DNA of 64,000 nucleotides from Dehalococcoidia bacterium (GTDB lineage Bacteria; Chloroflexota; Dehalococcoidia; SHYD01): NCBI GenBank assembly GCA_009692945.1, contig SHYD01000002.1, positions 25,027 to 89,026 of the forward strand, read 5' to 3'. Shown piece by piece: positions 42,752 to 52,998 of this stretch (position 1 is its first letter; each line of letters starts with the position of its first letter). The notes under the pieces were generated by a model. It saw only the letters and a program-made list of their open reading frames with translations, ran no database searches and was not told where the DNA came from. The position numbers and the translations under genes were made by a program.

Positions 42752-43615
42752 TTATCCCACCCGGCGGCGCCGGGCCGGCTTGGCGGTTTCGGCTTCGTCG
42801 TCCGGGGCCGGTACTGACTTGAGGGGTTTGACCGCCCGCTCCTTCTTGGCCTCTGCAATGCTGGCCCGCAGCGCCTCCATGAGGTCCACCACCTTGCCCG
42901 GGGCCACGGGCGGAGCCGAGATGGCGGCCTCGCCGTTCACCTTGCGTTCGATCAGCGCCAAGAGCGCCTCCCGGTACTCGTCGTGATATTGTCCCGGCTC
43001 GAATTCGGCGGTCAGTATGTCCACCAAAGAGTGGGCCATGGTCAACTCGCGTTCTGCGATCGGCACCTCTTCGTCGCTGGGGATGGTCAGCTCCCCGGTA
43101 GCGCGCAGTTCGTCGGGATAAAACATCGTCTGCATGATCAAGACCGAGTCCTTGGGGCGCAACAGGCAGAGTTGCTCCTTCTGGCGTAGGGAAACCTTGG
43201 CCACAGCGGCCCGGTTGGTGTCCTGGAGGGCCCGGCGCAGCAGCACGTAGGGCTTCTTGCCCACCTCCTCCGGCTCTAAGTAAAAGCTGCGCTCGTAATA
43301 CTGAGGGTCGATGTCGGCGAGGCCGACAAAGCTGGTGACTTCGATGGCGCGGGTGCTGTTGACCGGCACTCTGTCGAAGCCGGCATCCTCCATGATCACA
43401 TACTGGTCCTTGCTGAACTCGTAGCCCTTGACCACATCACCCCATTCGATGACCTGCTCGTCGATGGGACAGTAGCGCTGTTGCTTGATCCGCGCGTGGC
43501 ACTTCTTGTGCAGCAGGTTGAAGCTCACATCCTTGGCGTCGGTGGCGCCATAGAGCTTCACGGGGATGCTCACCATGCCGAAGCTGATGGCGCCTCTCCA
43601 AATTGGTCTGGCCAT
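42752..43615 (-). CDS. ku: Ku protein
   Basis: 'MARPIWRGAISFGMVSIPVKLYGAT' and a basic C-terminal tail. GAGGTGG RBS. Confidence 0.9.
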   Translation of the reverse strand: MARPIWRGAISFGMVSIPVKLYGATDAKDVSFNLLHKKCHARIKQQRYCPIDEQVIEWGDVVKGYEFSKDQYVIMEDAGFDRVPVNSTRAIEVTSFVGLADIDPQYYERSFYLEPEEVGKKPYVLLRRALQDTNRAAVAKVSLRQKEQLCLLRPKDSVLIMQTMFYPDELRATGELTIPSDEEVPIAERELTMAHSLVDILTAEFEPGQYHDEYREALLALIERKVNGEAAISAPPVAPGKVVDLMEALRASIAEAKKERAVKPLKSVPAPDDEAETAKPARRRRVG

Positions 43616-43662
43616 TACCCACCTCTCTCTATCTGGCCGTCCCCCGAGGGGCGGATATTCGC

Positions 43663-43941
43663 CTACGCCCCCTCGAACAGCGGGCGGAGGTCCTGCTTTG
43701 CTTTCAGCATGTCCCGCCATGGATCGCCCAGTTTGGCGAGGCGCGCGGGAACAGTGGCGATCGTGAAATCGGTTGGGTACACCGTTGCCAGCTCATCCCA
43801 GGTAATGGGGGTCGACACCGTCACCTGCGGCGACGGACGCAGGCTGTAGGGGCCCACCAGCGTCTTGCCGCGGCTGTTCTGGTTGTGATCGAAAAAGATG
43901 CGCCCGGTCCTTCGTTCCACGGTCCAGTCCATGGTGATCAA
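43663..43941 (-). pseudogene. C-terminal remnant of LigD polymerase/primase domain
   Basis: Only 'RTGRIFFDHNQNSRGKTLVGPYSLRPSPQVTVSTPITWDEL...LGDPWRDM' remains. An in-frame TGA lies immediately upstream, and about 200 N-terminal residues are absent. Confidence 0.6.
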
Positions 43942-44140
43942 GGTGGGGGCCGAGCACCAATCGCTAAACCTTCAGCGCTCCGGCGGGAACTCGACCGCTG
44001 GGTAACACCCCCTTCTGAGGCCGTTATCCATGCTGGGTAACCGTCAGGAATGAGGCAGCACGCGGCCGGTGCGCGCCGATGCCGGGCGGCGGCGGCGAAG
44101 GCCGATCCGGCAAGGAATAGGCCGGGCGCTGACGGTGGGA

Positions 44141-44182
44141 AACAACACCCGTGCACGGGTGCGCCCGCGTACGGGTGTTGTT
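44141..44182 (-). terminator. hairpin after purS
   Basis: AACAACACCCGT-(18 nt)-ACGGGTGTTGTT. On the minus strand it is followed by TCCC. Confidence 0.4.
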
Positions 44183-44204
44183 CTGTCAGGGTGGAGGTGG
44201 ACGT

Positions 44205-44453
44205 TCAAGCAGGGGTGAGGTCGAACCGGTAGTCCTCGATGACCGGGTTGGAGAGCAGTTTGCGGCTCATCTCGTCGGCCTGGCGGATCGCATCGGCTTC
44301 GTCGGTGGTATCCAACCGGACTTCCATGTACTTCCCGACCCGCACTTCGGTCACGCCGGTGAAACCGAGGTTGTGGAGTCCGCCCCGGACGGTGATACCC
44401 TGGGGGTCGTTCACGGCGGGTTTGAGAGTGACGTAGATCTTGGCCAGAAACAT
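44205..44453 (-). CDS. purS: phosphoribosylformylglycinamidine synthase subunit PurS
   Basis: 'MFLAKIYVTLKPAVNDPQGITVRGGLHNLGF'. 82 aa. Confidence 0.9.
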   Translation of the reverse strand: MFLAKIYVTLKPAVNDPQGITVRGGLHNLGFTGVTEVRVGKYMEVRLDTTDEADAIRQADEMSRKLLSNPVIEDYRFDLTPA

Positions 44454-44457
44454 CGGG

Positions 44458-44784
44458 TTAGGCGGGGTTTTCGAGCACGAAGTTGTAACTGTGTACGATC
44501 AAGGTCTCCAGCACTTCTTCGGATTGCAACTTCTCCGGGTTCACCCGCACCCACATGCGCCCCGAGGCGTCCCGGGCATGGCGGAACCGCTGCGCCACCC
44601 GCTGCACCAGCAGGTCGTCGCCGGTGGGCTTGTCCAGCTTGAGCACGAGAGCATGGCCGTCATACAGCCCGAACACGCGCTCCCGGACGAAGTAGCATGG
44701 GAAGCCATAGGCGTTGCGCCGGCTGGTGCCGGGCAGCTTGTCCACGTATTCGTCGATGAGTTCCTGGGTGAGGTCGTAGGGCAT
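44458..44784 (-). CDS. small hypothetical protein (MmcQ/YjbR-like or TfoX-N-like)
   Basis: 108 aa. 'GFPCYFVRERVFGLYDGHALVLKL' and C-terminal 'LIVHSYNFVL'. The family call is tentative. Confidence 0.4.
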   Translation of the reverse strand: MPYDLTQELIDEYVDKLPGTSRRNAYGFPCYFVRERVFGLYDGHALVLKLDKPTGDDLLVQRVAQRFRHARDASGRMWVRVNPEKLQSEEVLETLIVHSYNFVLENPA

Positions 44785-44798
44785 CGTTCTCCAGCGCC

Positions 44799-45713
44799 TC
44801 AGTCGATGGTCGAGTGCAGGGTGTGTCCGGTGATGCGTTCGTAAGCCTCACGGTACATCTGGGTGGTTTTCGCCACCACTTCCGCGGGCAGTTCCGGCGC
44901 CGGCGGCTCCTTGTCCCACCCCGACTCCACCAGCCAGTCCCGCACGTATTGCTTGTCGAAGCTGGGGGGTGCTATCCCCGGCCGGTAGTTGACGGTCCCC
45001 CAGAACCGGCTGCTGTCGGGGGTTAGCGCCTCGTCGATGAGGATCACCTCGCCATCCACCAGGCCGAATTCGAACTTCGTGTCGGCGATGATGATCCCGC
45101 GGGCACGGGCCAGGTTGCGGGCGTGTTCGTACACCGCAATGCTGGAGCGCCGGAGCTTGGCGGTCAGTTCGGCCCCCACCAGGTTTTCCATCTCCCGGAT
45201 CGAGATGTTCTCGTCATGCCCGCTCTCTGCCTTGGTCGAAGGAGTGAAGCGCGGTTCCGGCAGTTCTTCACTTTCGCGCATGCCGCCCGGGAGCGATTCT
45301 CCGGCCAGGGTCCCGTAGCGCCGGTACTCGGCCCATCCGGAGCCCGCCAAGTAACCCCGCACCACGCATTCCACCAGCACCGGTTCGGCCCGTCGCACCA
45401 ACATCGAACGGCCTACCAGCGCTCCCGGGTCGCCGCCCAAACGGTCGCGGTAGGGCTCCAGTTGAGCGGGCTCCAGGATCGTTTCCACCAAGTGGTTCTT
45501 GATAATATGCCCGTTGTGTTCGAACCAATACGCTGAGAGTTGGGTCAGGACGGCTCCCTTGTCCGGGATGCCGGTGGGCAGCACCACGTCGAAGGCGGAA
45601 ATGCGGTCGGTGGCCACCATCAACAGGTGCTCGCCAAGGTCGTAGGTGTCCCGCACCTTGCCGCGGCGGAACATGTTGGGAAGTGCTGTTTCAAGCAGGA
45701 CGGGCATCATCAC
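44799..45713 (-). CDS. purC: phosphoribosylaminoimidazole-succinocarboxamide synthase
   Basis: 'GKVRDTYDLGEHLLMVATDRISAFD' and 'IIADTKFEFG'. Confidence 0.9.
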   Translation of the reverse strand: MMMPVLLETALPNMFRRGKVRDTYDLGEHLLMVATDRISAFDVVLPTGIPDKGAVLTQLSAYWFEHNGHIIKNHLVETILEPAQLEPYRDRLGGDPGALVGRSMLVRRAEPVLVECVVRGYLAGSGWAEYRRYGTLAGESLPGGMRESEELPEPRFTPSTKAESGHDENISIREMENLVGAELTAKLRRSSIAVYEHARNLARARGIIIADTKFEFGLVDGEVILIDEALTPDSSRFWGTVNYRPGIAPPSFDKQYVRDWLVESGWDKEPPAPELPAEVVAKTTQMYREAYERITGHTLHSTID

Positions 45714-45881
45714 CTCGGTTGATTTATTGTGGAGTTGGCGGCCCTGAGTCCACCCGGCCGGGCGCGACGGGGTGGTGGGCGTTCCTCCGGCGATAGGTCG
45801 ATCTGCAACCGGCCTCCGGTTCCGGCTATCGATTTCAGCGTCCTCACGTCTACCATTTTACTCGGGCTTGCGGCATTACGC

Positions 45882-47174
45882 TCACCCCAGTCCCACCCGC
45901 GCGAAGGCCTCGTCCAGGTGGCGCAGGTAGTAGTTGTAGTCGAACATCGCCTCAAGTTCGGGCCGGGCGAAGTGGGCCCTGACTTCGGCGTAGTCCCACA
46001 GCAGGTCGACGAAGGGGATGCGTTCGCGCCAGCACCGCATGGCCGCACCCTGCACCACCTTGTAGGCTTCGCCCCTGCCCATTCCCTGCTCGATGAGGCT
46101 GGTGAGCACCCGTTGCGAAAACACCAGACCCAGGGTGAGATCCAGATTGCGACGCATGTTGTCGGGGTAGACCACAAGCCCGGACATCACTCCGGTGAAC
46201 AGGTTGAGCATGTAGTCCAGCAGCGTGGTGGCGTCCGCCAGGATCACCCGCTCGGCGGAGGAGTGGCTGATGTCTCGCTCATGCCACAGCGATTGGTTTT
46301 CGAGCGCGGTGACGGCATAGCCCCTGATGAGCCTGGCCTGGCCGCATACCCGTTCGCACAGTTCTGGGTTGCGCTTGTGGGGCATTGCCGAGGAGCCGGT
46401 CTGTCCCTCGCTGAAAGGCTCTTCAGCTTCCAGCACCTCGGTGCGTTGCAGGCCCCGGATCTCGGTGGCGAATTTCTCCAGCGACCCGGCGCAGATCGCC
46501 AGGGTGGTGACGTACTGAGCGTGACGGTCCCGCTGCAGGATCTGGTTCGACAGCGGCGCCGGCGCCAGGCCGAGCTTGGCGCACACCGATGCCTCGACCG
46601 TCGGAGGGACCGTGGCGAAGGTGCCCACGGCGCCCGACAGTTTCCCGACTCCAATGGCAACCCGGGCGCTGGCCAGGCGCTCCTGGTTCCGCTTCATCTC
46701 CTGCGCCCACAACGCCAGTTTGAGGCCAAAGGTGATGGGCTCGGCATGGACGCCGTGGGTCCGGCCCACTTGGAGCGTGCGCTTGTGTTCCCGCGCCCGC
46801 GTTTCCAACACGGTCACCAGCCGGTCTATACCGGCCGCCAACTGATCGGTCGCGTCGAGCAGTTGCAGGCTGAGCGCAGTGTCCCACACGTCGTTGGAGG
46901 TCAGCCCGAAATGGATGAAACGGCTCTCCTCGCCGAGACTCTCCTGCACCGAGCGGAGGAAGGCCGTCATGTCGTGATGGGTTTCGGCGATCACCTGGTT
47001 GATGCGGGCGACCTCGAAACTGGCCCGCCGGATATTTTCGATCTCCTCGCGGCCGATGGTGCCCAGGTCGGCCCATGCCTCGCAGGCGGCGATCTCGACC
47101 TTCAGCCACTGGCCGAACTTGTTTTCGTCGGACCAGATCCGGGCCATCTCGGGGCGGGTGTAGCGTTCGATCAT
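45882..47174 (-). CDS. purB: adenylosuccinate lyase
   Basis: 'MIERYTRPEMARIWSDENKF' and 'SSAMPHKRNP'. The ORF extension to 47423 runs into purE. Confidence 0.9.
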   Translation of the reverse strand: MIERYTRPEMARIWSDENKFGQWLKVEIAACEAWADLGTIGREEIENIRRASFEVARINQVIAETHHDMTAFLRSVQESLGEESRFIHFGLTSNDVWDTALSLQLLDATDQLAAGIDRLVTVLETRAREHKRTLQVGRTHGVHAEPITFGLKLALWAQEMKRNQERLASARVAIGVGKLSGAVGTFATVPPTVEASVCAKLGLAPAPLSNQILQRDRHAQYVTTLAICAGSLEKFATEIRGLQRTEVLEAEEPFSEGQTGSSAMPHKRNPELCERVCGQARLIRGYAVTALENQSLWHERDISHSSAERVILADATTLLDYMLNLFTGVMSGLVVYPDNMRRNLDLTLGLVFSQRVLTSLIEQGMGRGEAYKVVQGAAMRCWRERIPFVDLLWDYAEVRAHFARPELEAMFDYNYYLRHLDEAFARVGLG

Positions 47175-47191
47175 GGTGAATGAGTCCGTGA

Positions 47192-47650
47192 CTACCCTTC
47201 GGCCAGCTTGGCGCGGTAGGCGTCGTAGGCCGCCCGCACCCGCTCGTCCTGCAGCGCGATGATCTGTGCCGCCAGGTAAGCGGCGTTGCGAGCGCCCCAA
47301 GCTCCCACCGAGACGGTGGCCACCGGCATGCCGGGAGGCATCTGGACGATGCTGTACAACGAGTCGATCCCTCCGAGTTCGCTGGTGGCCAGCGGCACGC
47401 CGATAACCGGCAGACTGGTCCAACTGGCCAGCACTCCTGGAAGGTGTGCCGCGCCGCCTGCCGCGGCGATCAGCACCTGGATGCCGCGCTCCCGGGCTGA
47501 AACCGCGTAGTCGCGGGTTTTTTCGGGGGCGCGGTGGGCGGAATGGACCCGGATCTCGTAGGAGATGCCGAAGCTCTCCAGCACCTCTCCGCAGGCTGCC
47601 ATCACGGGCTCATCGGAGCGGCTGCCCATCACGATGCCTACCTGGGGCAT
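47192..47650 (-). CDS. purE: 5-(carboxyamino)imidazole ribonucleotide mutase
   Basis: 'VGIVMGSRSD', 'SAHRAP' and 'AAGGAAHLPGVLAS'. Confidence 0.9.
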   Translation of the reverse strand: MPQVGIVMGSRSDEPVMAACGEVLESFGISYEIRVHSAHRAPEKTRDYAVSARERGIQVLIAAAGGAAHLPGVLASWTSLPVIGVPLATSELGGIDSLYSIVQMPPGMPVATVSVGAWGARNAAYLAAQIIALQDERVRAAYDAYRAKLAEG

Positions 47651-47680
47651 GGTTGAACCTCCTTGCGTAGAATGGTGGTG

Positions 47681-49084
47681 TTAAGGGGTTTGCCCGCCCG
47701 AGACGAGCGCCGGACCCTCCCTGGCCTCACTTGCGGGCGGCGCCCGCAGCACACCGATGTCGCGGCGGTAGTGAGCGTTTTCGAAATGGATCCGAGCCAC
47801 GTTCCGATACACCTTGTCTCGGGCGGCCTCGATGTCCGGCCCGGTGGCGACCACCGTGAGGACGCGGCCGCCGGCAGTCTGGATGTTGCCGCTTAGCACT
47901 TCTTCCAACGAGGGTTCGGGCGCTTGAGGCGTGTAGAAGCGGCGGAGTCCGGTGACCTCCGGTTTCGCCCTGGCCGCAGTGCCGGCATGGAATACCCGGA
48001 CCCCGTCGTCCATGAGGTCGAGGCCGCGGATCGGCAGCCCGGTGTCGAAGCGGTCGGGGTAGCCACCCGCCGCCATCACCACCCCCACGCAGGTTTCCGG
48101 TTCCCATTCCACGCGCGCCGTCTCAAGCCGTCCGTGGGTGCAGGCGAGAACGATGTCGAGGAGGTCGGTCCTGAGCAGGGGCAACACTACCTGGGTTTCC
48201 GGGTCGCCAAACCGGCAGTTGAATTCGAGCACCTTGATGCCGCGGCTGGTGAGCATGAGGCCCGCGTAGAGGACGCCTTTGAATGGGGATCCCTCAGCCG
48301 CCAACGCGGCGACGGTCGGTTCCAGCACCGTGCGGCGGGTCTCGTCGATCAGCGCTTGGGAGAAGAACGGGGGTGGGGCAACGCATCCCATGCCACCGGT
48401 GTTCGGACCCTCGTCGCCATCATGCACGCGCTTGTAATCGCAGGCAGGGGCCATGGGGACCACTGTCCTGCCATCGGTGAATGCCAGCAAAGAGACCTCG
48501 GCGCCTTCAAGGAACTCCTCGATGACCACGGTGCGGCCTGCCGCTCCGAACTCGCCTCTGACCATGGCCGCTTCGAGCGCCCGCTCGGCCTGTTCGTACT
48601 CCGTGCAGACCGTGACACCCTTGCCGGCGGCCAACCCATCCGCCTTGATGACGACGGGGGCCCCGACCCGGTAGAGGTACTCCTTGGCTGCGGCGTAATC
48701 GGTGAACGTGGCCGAGTTGGCACAGGGTATGCCGTAGCGCTGCATGAGGTCCTTGGCGAAAGCCTTGCTTGATTCGATGCGGGCCGCCCCTCGAGTGGGG
48801 CCGAACACGGGGAGGTGGACCGCTTCGAACTCGTCCACAACGCCGGCGGCCAGCGCTCCCTCTGGGCCAACGACGGTAAGTTCGACTTGGTGGGCTCGGG
48901 CTGCTGCCCTCAGTTCGGCCAGGTTGGAGGGCTGGATCGGCAGGTTGCGGGCGATGACGGCGGTCCCGGCGTTTCCGGGTGCAACAAAAACGTCCTTGAC
49001 CCGGGGGTTCTGGAGCAGCTTCCAGACGATCGCGTGCTCACGCGCGCCCGAACCGATGACGAGGATGTTCATATCACCGGCCAT
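47681..49084 (-). CDS. purD: phosphoribosylamine--glycine ligase
   Basis: 'MNILVIGSGAREHAIVWKL' and an ATP-grasp core. About 40 aa of C-terminal extension. Confidence 0.9.
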   Translation of the reverse strand: MAGDMNILVIGSGAREHAIVWKLLQNPRVKDVFVAPGNAGTAVIARNLPIQPSNLAELRAAARAHQVELTVVGPEGALAAGVVDEFEAVHLPVFGPTRGAARIESSKAFAKDLMQRYGIPCANSATFTDYAAAKEYLYRVGAPVVIKADGLAAGKGVTVCTEYEQAERALEAAMVRGEFGAAGRTVVIEEFLEGAEVSLLAFTDGRTVVPMAPACDYKRVHDGDEGPNTGGMGCVAPPPFFSQALIDETRRTVLEPTVAALAAEGSPFKGVLYAGLMLTSRGIKVLEFNCRFGDPETQVVLPLLRTDLLDIVLACTHGRLETARVEWEPETCVGVVMAAGGYPDRFDTGLPIRGLDLMDDGVRVFHAGTAARAKPEVTGLRRFYTPQAPEPSLEEVLSGNIQTAGGRVLTVVATGPDIEAARDKVYRNVARIHFENAHYRRDIGVLRAPPASEAREGPALVSGGQTP

Positions 49085-49137
49085 GGATCATCTCCCGTTG
49101 CTCCCGGTCCCGCCCCTTGGACGGCGCCGGACTCCGG

Positions 49138-50811
<1,674 letters not shown>

Positions 50812-51000
50812 TGGCTCTCCGTCAAATGGCGCCAGTAGCCGGTGTATCACGTCTGCGGGGCACCCAAATTGTAGCATAAGGGTTGCGATTGAAAGGGCCT
50901 GAATTGGGGACGCGGCATTATGGCTGGGGTGGTAGGTCGTTGCCTGGCCGGCACACCTGGGGGGAGACTTCTACCAGAGCTTGGCGCTCCTGGACTGGGA

Positions 51001-51067
51001 GTAACAATTCACCGTTGAGGGGCGACCGGGCTCAGGGGCGGGAGTGTACGAGGGCGGCAGCCCTCTG
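51001..51067 (-). repeat. MITE-like repeat, type 1, right half only
   Basis: GTAACAATTCACCGTTGAGGGGCGACCGGGCTCAGGGGCGGGAGTGTACGAGGGCGGCAGCCCTCTG, then homology breaks off. Confidence 0.7.
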
Positions 51068-51236
51068 AATTTGTGGGTTTTTGGTTATGCCGGGCGGTGG
51101 TTCATTATCGATGGCTGCGAAGCTAACGAATGGGAGAGCCGATCCCGTGGGGTGCACTGATGGGCACCGTGCCAGTCCCACGTGCGCTGCTCGACCGGAC
51201 GCGGCAGCCTCCCGCCACTACCGGCTTCCGCTAAAC

Positions 51237-51478
51237 CTACGCCGTCAGGGCTATCCATCTGGTCAGGTTGTGGGCGGTAGCCATGAGCAACACCACGCAG
51301 GCGCTTTGTGCAGCCCCCGTACCAACAAGCGGCGCAATCCGTACCGCACCCGCAGTTGCGCCTCCACACATTCCGCGGTTGCCGCACGCGGCGTATCGAA
51401 CGTCTTGGCTTCCTCCGTCTCCATTTGCTCCCGCCACGCGTGCACTTCGGCCGGCTCTCCGAGACGCCCCTTGTGCAC
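51237..51478 (-). mobile_element. C-terminal remnant of an IS5/IS1182-like DDE transposase, frameshifted
   Basis: 'REQMETEEAKTFDTPRAATAECVEAQLRVRYGLRRLLVRGLHKA' continues in a second frame as 'CVVLLMATAHNLTRWIAL'. This is a typical C-terminal transposase signature. The catalytic domain is absent. Confidence 0.55.
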
Positions 51479-51494
51479 TCCCCGGCCCGAACGC

Positions 51495-52793
51495 TCACTC
51501 GGTCGCCACTGGGTGGGGCGGCGGCAGTTCGAGGGCGGCGTCGTAATCGGGCGGCATCGCGATCTGCCGCTGCAGCATGATCTCCCGCCGTTCTCGGGCC
51601 GACTGCATCATGGCGATGCAGGCCTCCAGGGTGGCGGCGCCCCAGACGCCGCTGTGGTAGGCGGGTCTGCCCAGGACGGCGGCGTCGTATAGCTCCTCCA
51701 ATTCACCTCGGTGCTCCACCACCGCTCCGCCCTCGGGGATCGGCAGCGTGATTTCCATGGGTCCGTCGTCGGTGTAGACGTAGAGGCCGAAGGGGGAGTT
51801 GCGGATGTCGCCCCGCTCGCAGGTGGCCAGAACCATGCCGAGGTCGGAGGGCGTCCAGGGCTTGGGACCGGCGGGCGCCTCCGAGGTCCTCCGGTTGGGG
51901 TCACGGCTGCCGCCGATGCGGAACTCCTGCTTGTCGGCCTGCTCGTCCCTGGTCCCAGCCCGCATCGACTTCCGGATGGTGCTCAACTCTTGGCTGGAGC
52001 GCAGGCCTTCACGGGCCCAGGGGAACAACTCACCGGTGCGGAAGTAGCCGTAACCGTTGTGGAGGACGGTGGCCGGGGTGCCGTCCTCGAACTCGAGAAA
52101 GGCGTTGTAGTAGCCAGCGATGGGGCGCTCCCGCATCCAGGCGCCGGTCATGGCCCGCACGCTGCGCAGCAGTCCGCCGCCCAGCACCCGCACCACGTCG
52201 ATCTGGTGGGGCCCCTGGCGCCAGGGGATGCCGCCGCCCTGGGTGGGGTCGAGTTCGTCGGGGGTGCGGGCGCGCAGCATCCAATCGGTGTATGACCAGA
52301 CGTGGACGGCGCGCAGCCGGCCGATGAGTCCCGAGTTGATGACCTTGCGCATGGCCCGGATGGGCAGTTCGAAGCTGTTGGTGTGCCCGGCGATGAGGAC
52401 GGTGCCCGATTTGCCGGCGGCTTCGACCATGCGGTCGGCCTCCTCCAGCGAGATGGCCATCGGCTTCTCGACCACCACGTGCTTCCCGGCCCGCAGCGCC
52501 TCGATGGCGTGCTCGCAGTGGAAGCGGTTGGGGCTGGAGACCCACACCGCCTCAACGGTGGAGTCGGCGCAGAGGGCGGCCACGCTGTCGTACACCCGGG
52601 TGTCGGGGTAGCGCTGCATGAAGCGCTCCCGGGTCACCGGGTTGGTGTCGGCGCCCGCCACCAATTGGAGTTGGGGCATGGTCGCCATCAGGGGCAGCAT
52701 GCCGCCGCCACCCTGGCCGATGCCGGCGATGCCGATGCGCAGCCGGCGCGGGTAAGAGGTGGTGGGCGTTGGGCCCGCTGCGGTTTGGGTCAT
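51495..52793 (-). CDS. Gfo/Idh/MocA-family oxidoreductase (cassette B)
   Basis: 'LRIGIAGIGQGG' and 'GKHVVVEKPMA'. GAGGAGA RBS before ATG 52793. The upstream ORF part is repeat. Confidence 0.8.
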   Translation of the reverse strand: MTQTAAGPTPTTSYPRRLRIGIAGIGQGGGGMLPLMATMPQLQLVAGADTNPVTRERFMQRYPDTRVYDSVAALCADSTVEAVWVSSPNRFHCEHAIEALRAGKHVVVEKPMAISLEEADRMVEAAGKSGTVLIAGHTNSFELPIRAMRKVINSGLIGRLRAVHVWSYTDWMLRARTPDELDPTQGGGIPWRQGPHQIDVVRVLGGGLLRSVRAMTGAWMRERPIAGYYNAFLEFEDGTPATVLHNGYGYFRTGELFPWAREGLRSSQELSTIRKSMRAGTRDEQADKQEFRIGGSRDPNRRTSEAPAGPKPWTPSDLGMVLATCERGDIRNSPFGLYVYTDDGPMEITLPIPEGGAVVEHRGELEELYDAAVLGRPAYHSGVWGAATLEACIAMMQSARERREIMLQRQIAMPPDYDAALELPPPHPVATE

Positions 52794-52851
52794 TATCAGG
52801 TCTCCTCTGTTGTAGGGGTAGGCCCCTGTGCCTGCCCTCGGATGTGGCTCA

Positions 52852-52998
52852 GTTTGGGGGGCTGCGTCCCGGCCGTTTGCTCCACCCCCCCCCAAGAAAA
52901 GAGAAGTTATTCTTTCTGGGGGAACACCCCCAGTCCCCCGGCAGGATGGCTTCGCCCCCTGCACCCCCTGTGTCCGACCCCGAACACTGAGCAGTTAC
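52852..52998 (+). repeat. MITE-like repeat, type 2
   Basis: GGCTGCGTCCCGGCCGTTTGCTCCACCCCCCCCCAAGAAAAGAGAAG...CTGGGGGAACACCCCCAG...GGATGGCTTCGCCCCCTGCACCCCCTGTGTCCGACCCCGAACACTGAGCAGTTAC. Confidence 0.8.

Noticed and set aside
45714-45881. Purine or ZTP riboswitch in the 168-nt gap between purB and purC
   Set aside because: I could not find the conserved purine-riboswitch junction sequences or the ZTP GGGUCGUGACUGGCG / CCGCCUGGGC motifs on the minus strand. Only short generic hairpins are present. A covariance-model scan would be needed to be sure.
50812-50877. Longer guaA start at ATG 50877
   Set aside because: That ATG lies inside a TGCTACAAT extended -10-like box and has no RBS. It would add a non-conserved N-terminal extension. 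ATG 50811 has a GGAG RBS.
51081-51692. 203-aa plus-strand ORF in the guaA-oxidoreductase gap
   Set aside because: It overlaps the transposase remnant in antisense and runs into the conserved 3' end of the Gfo-family gene. It has no motifs.
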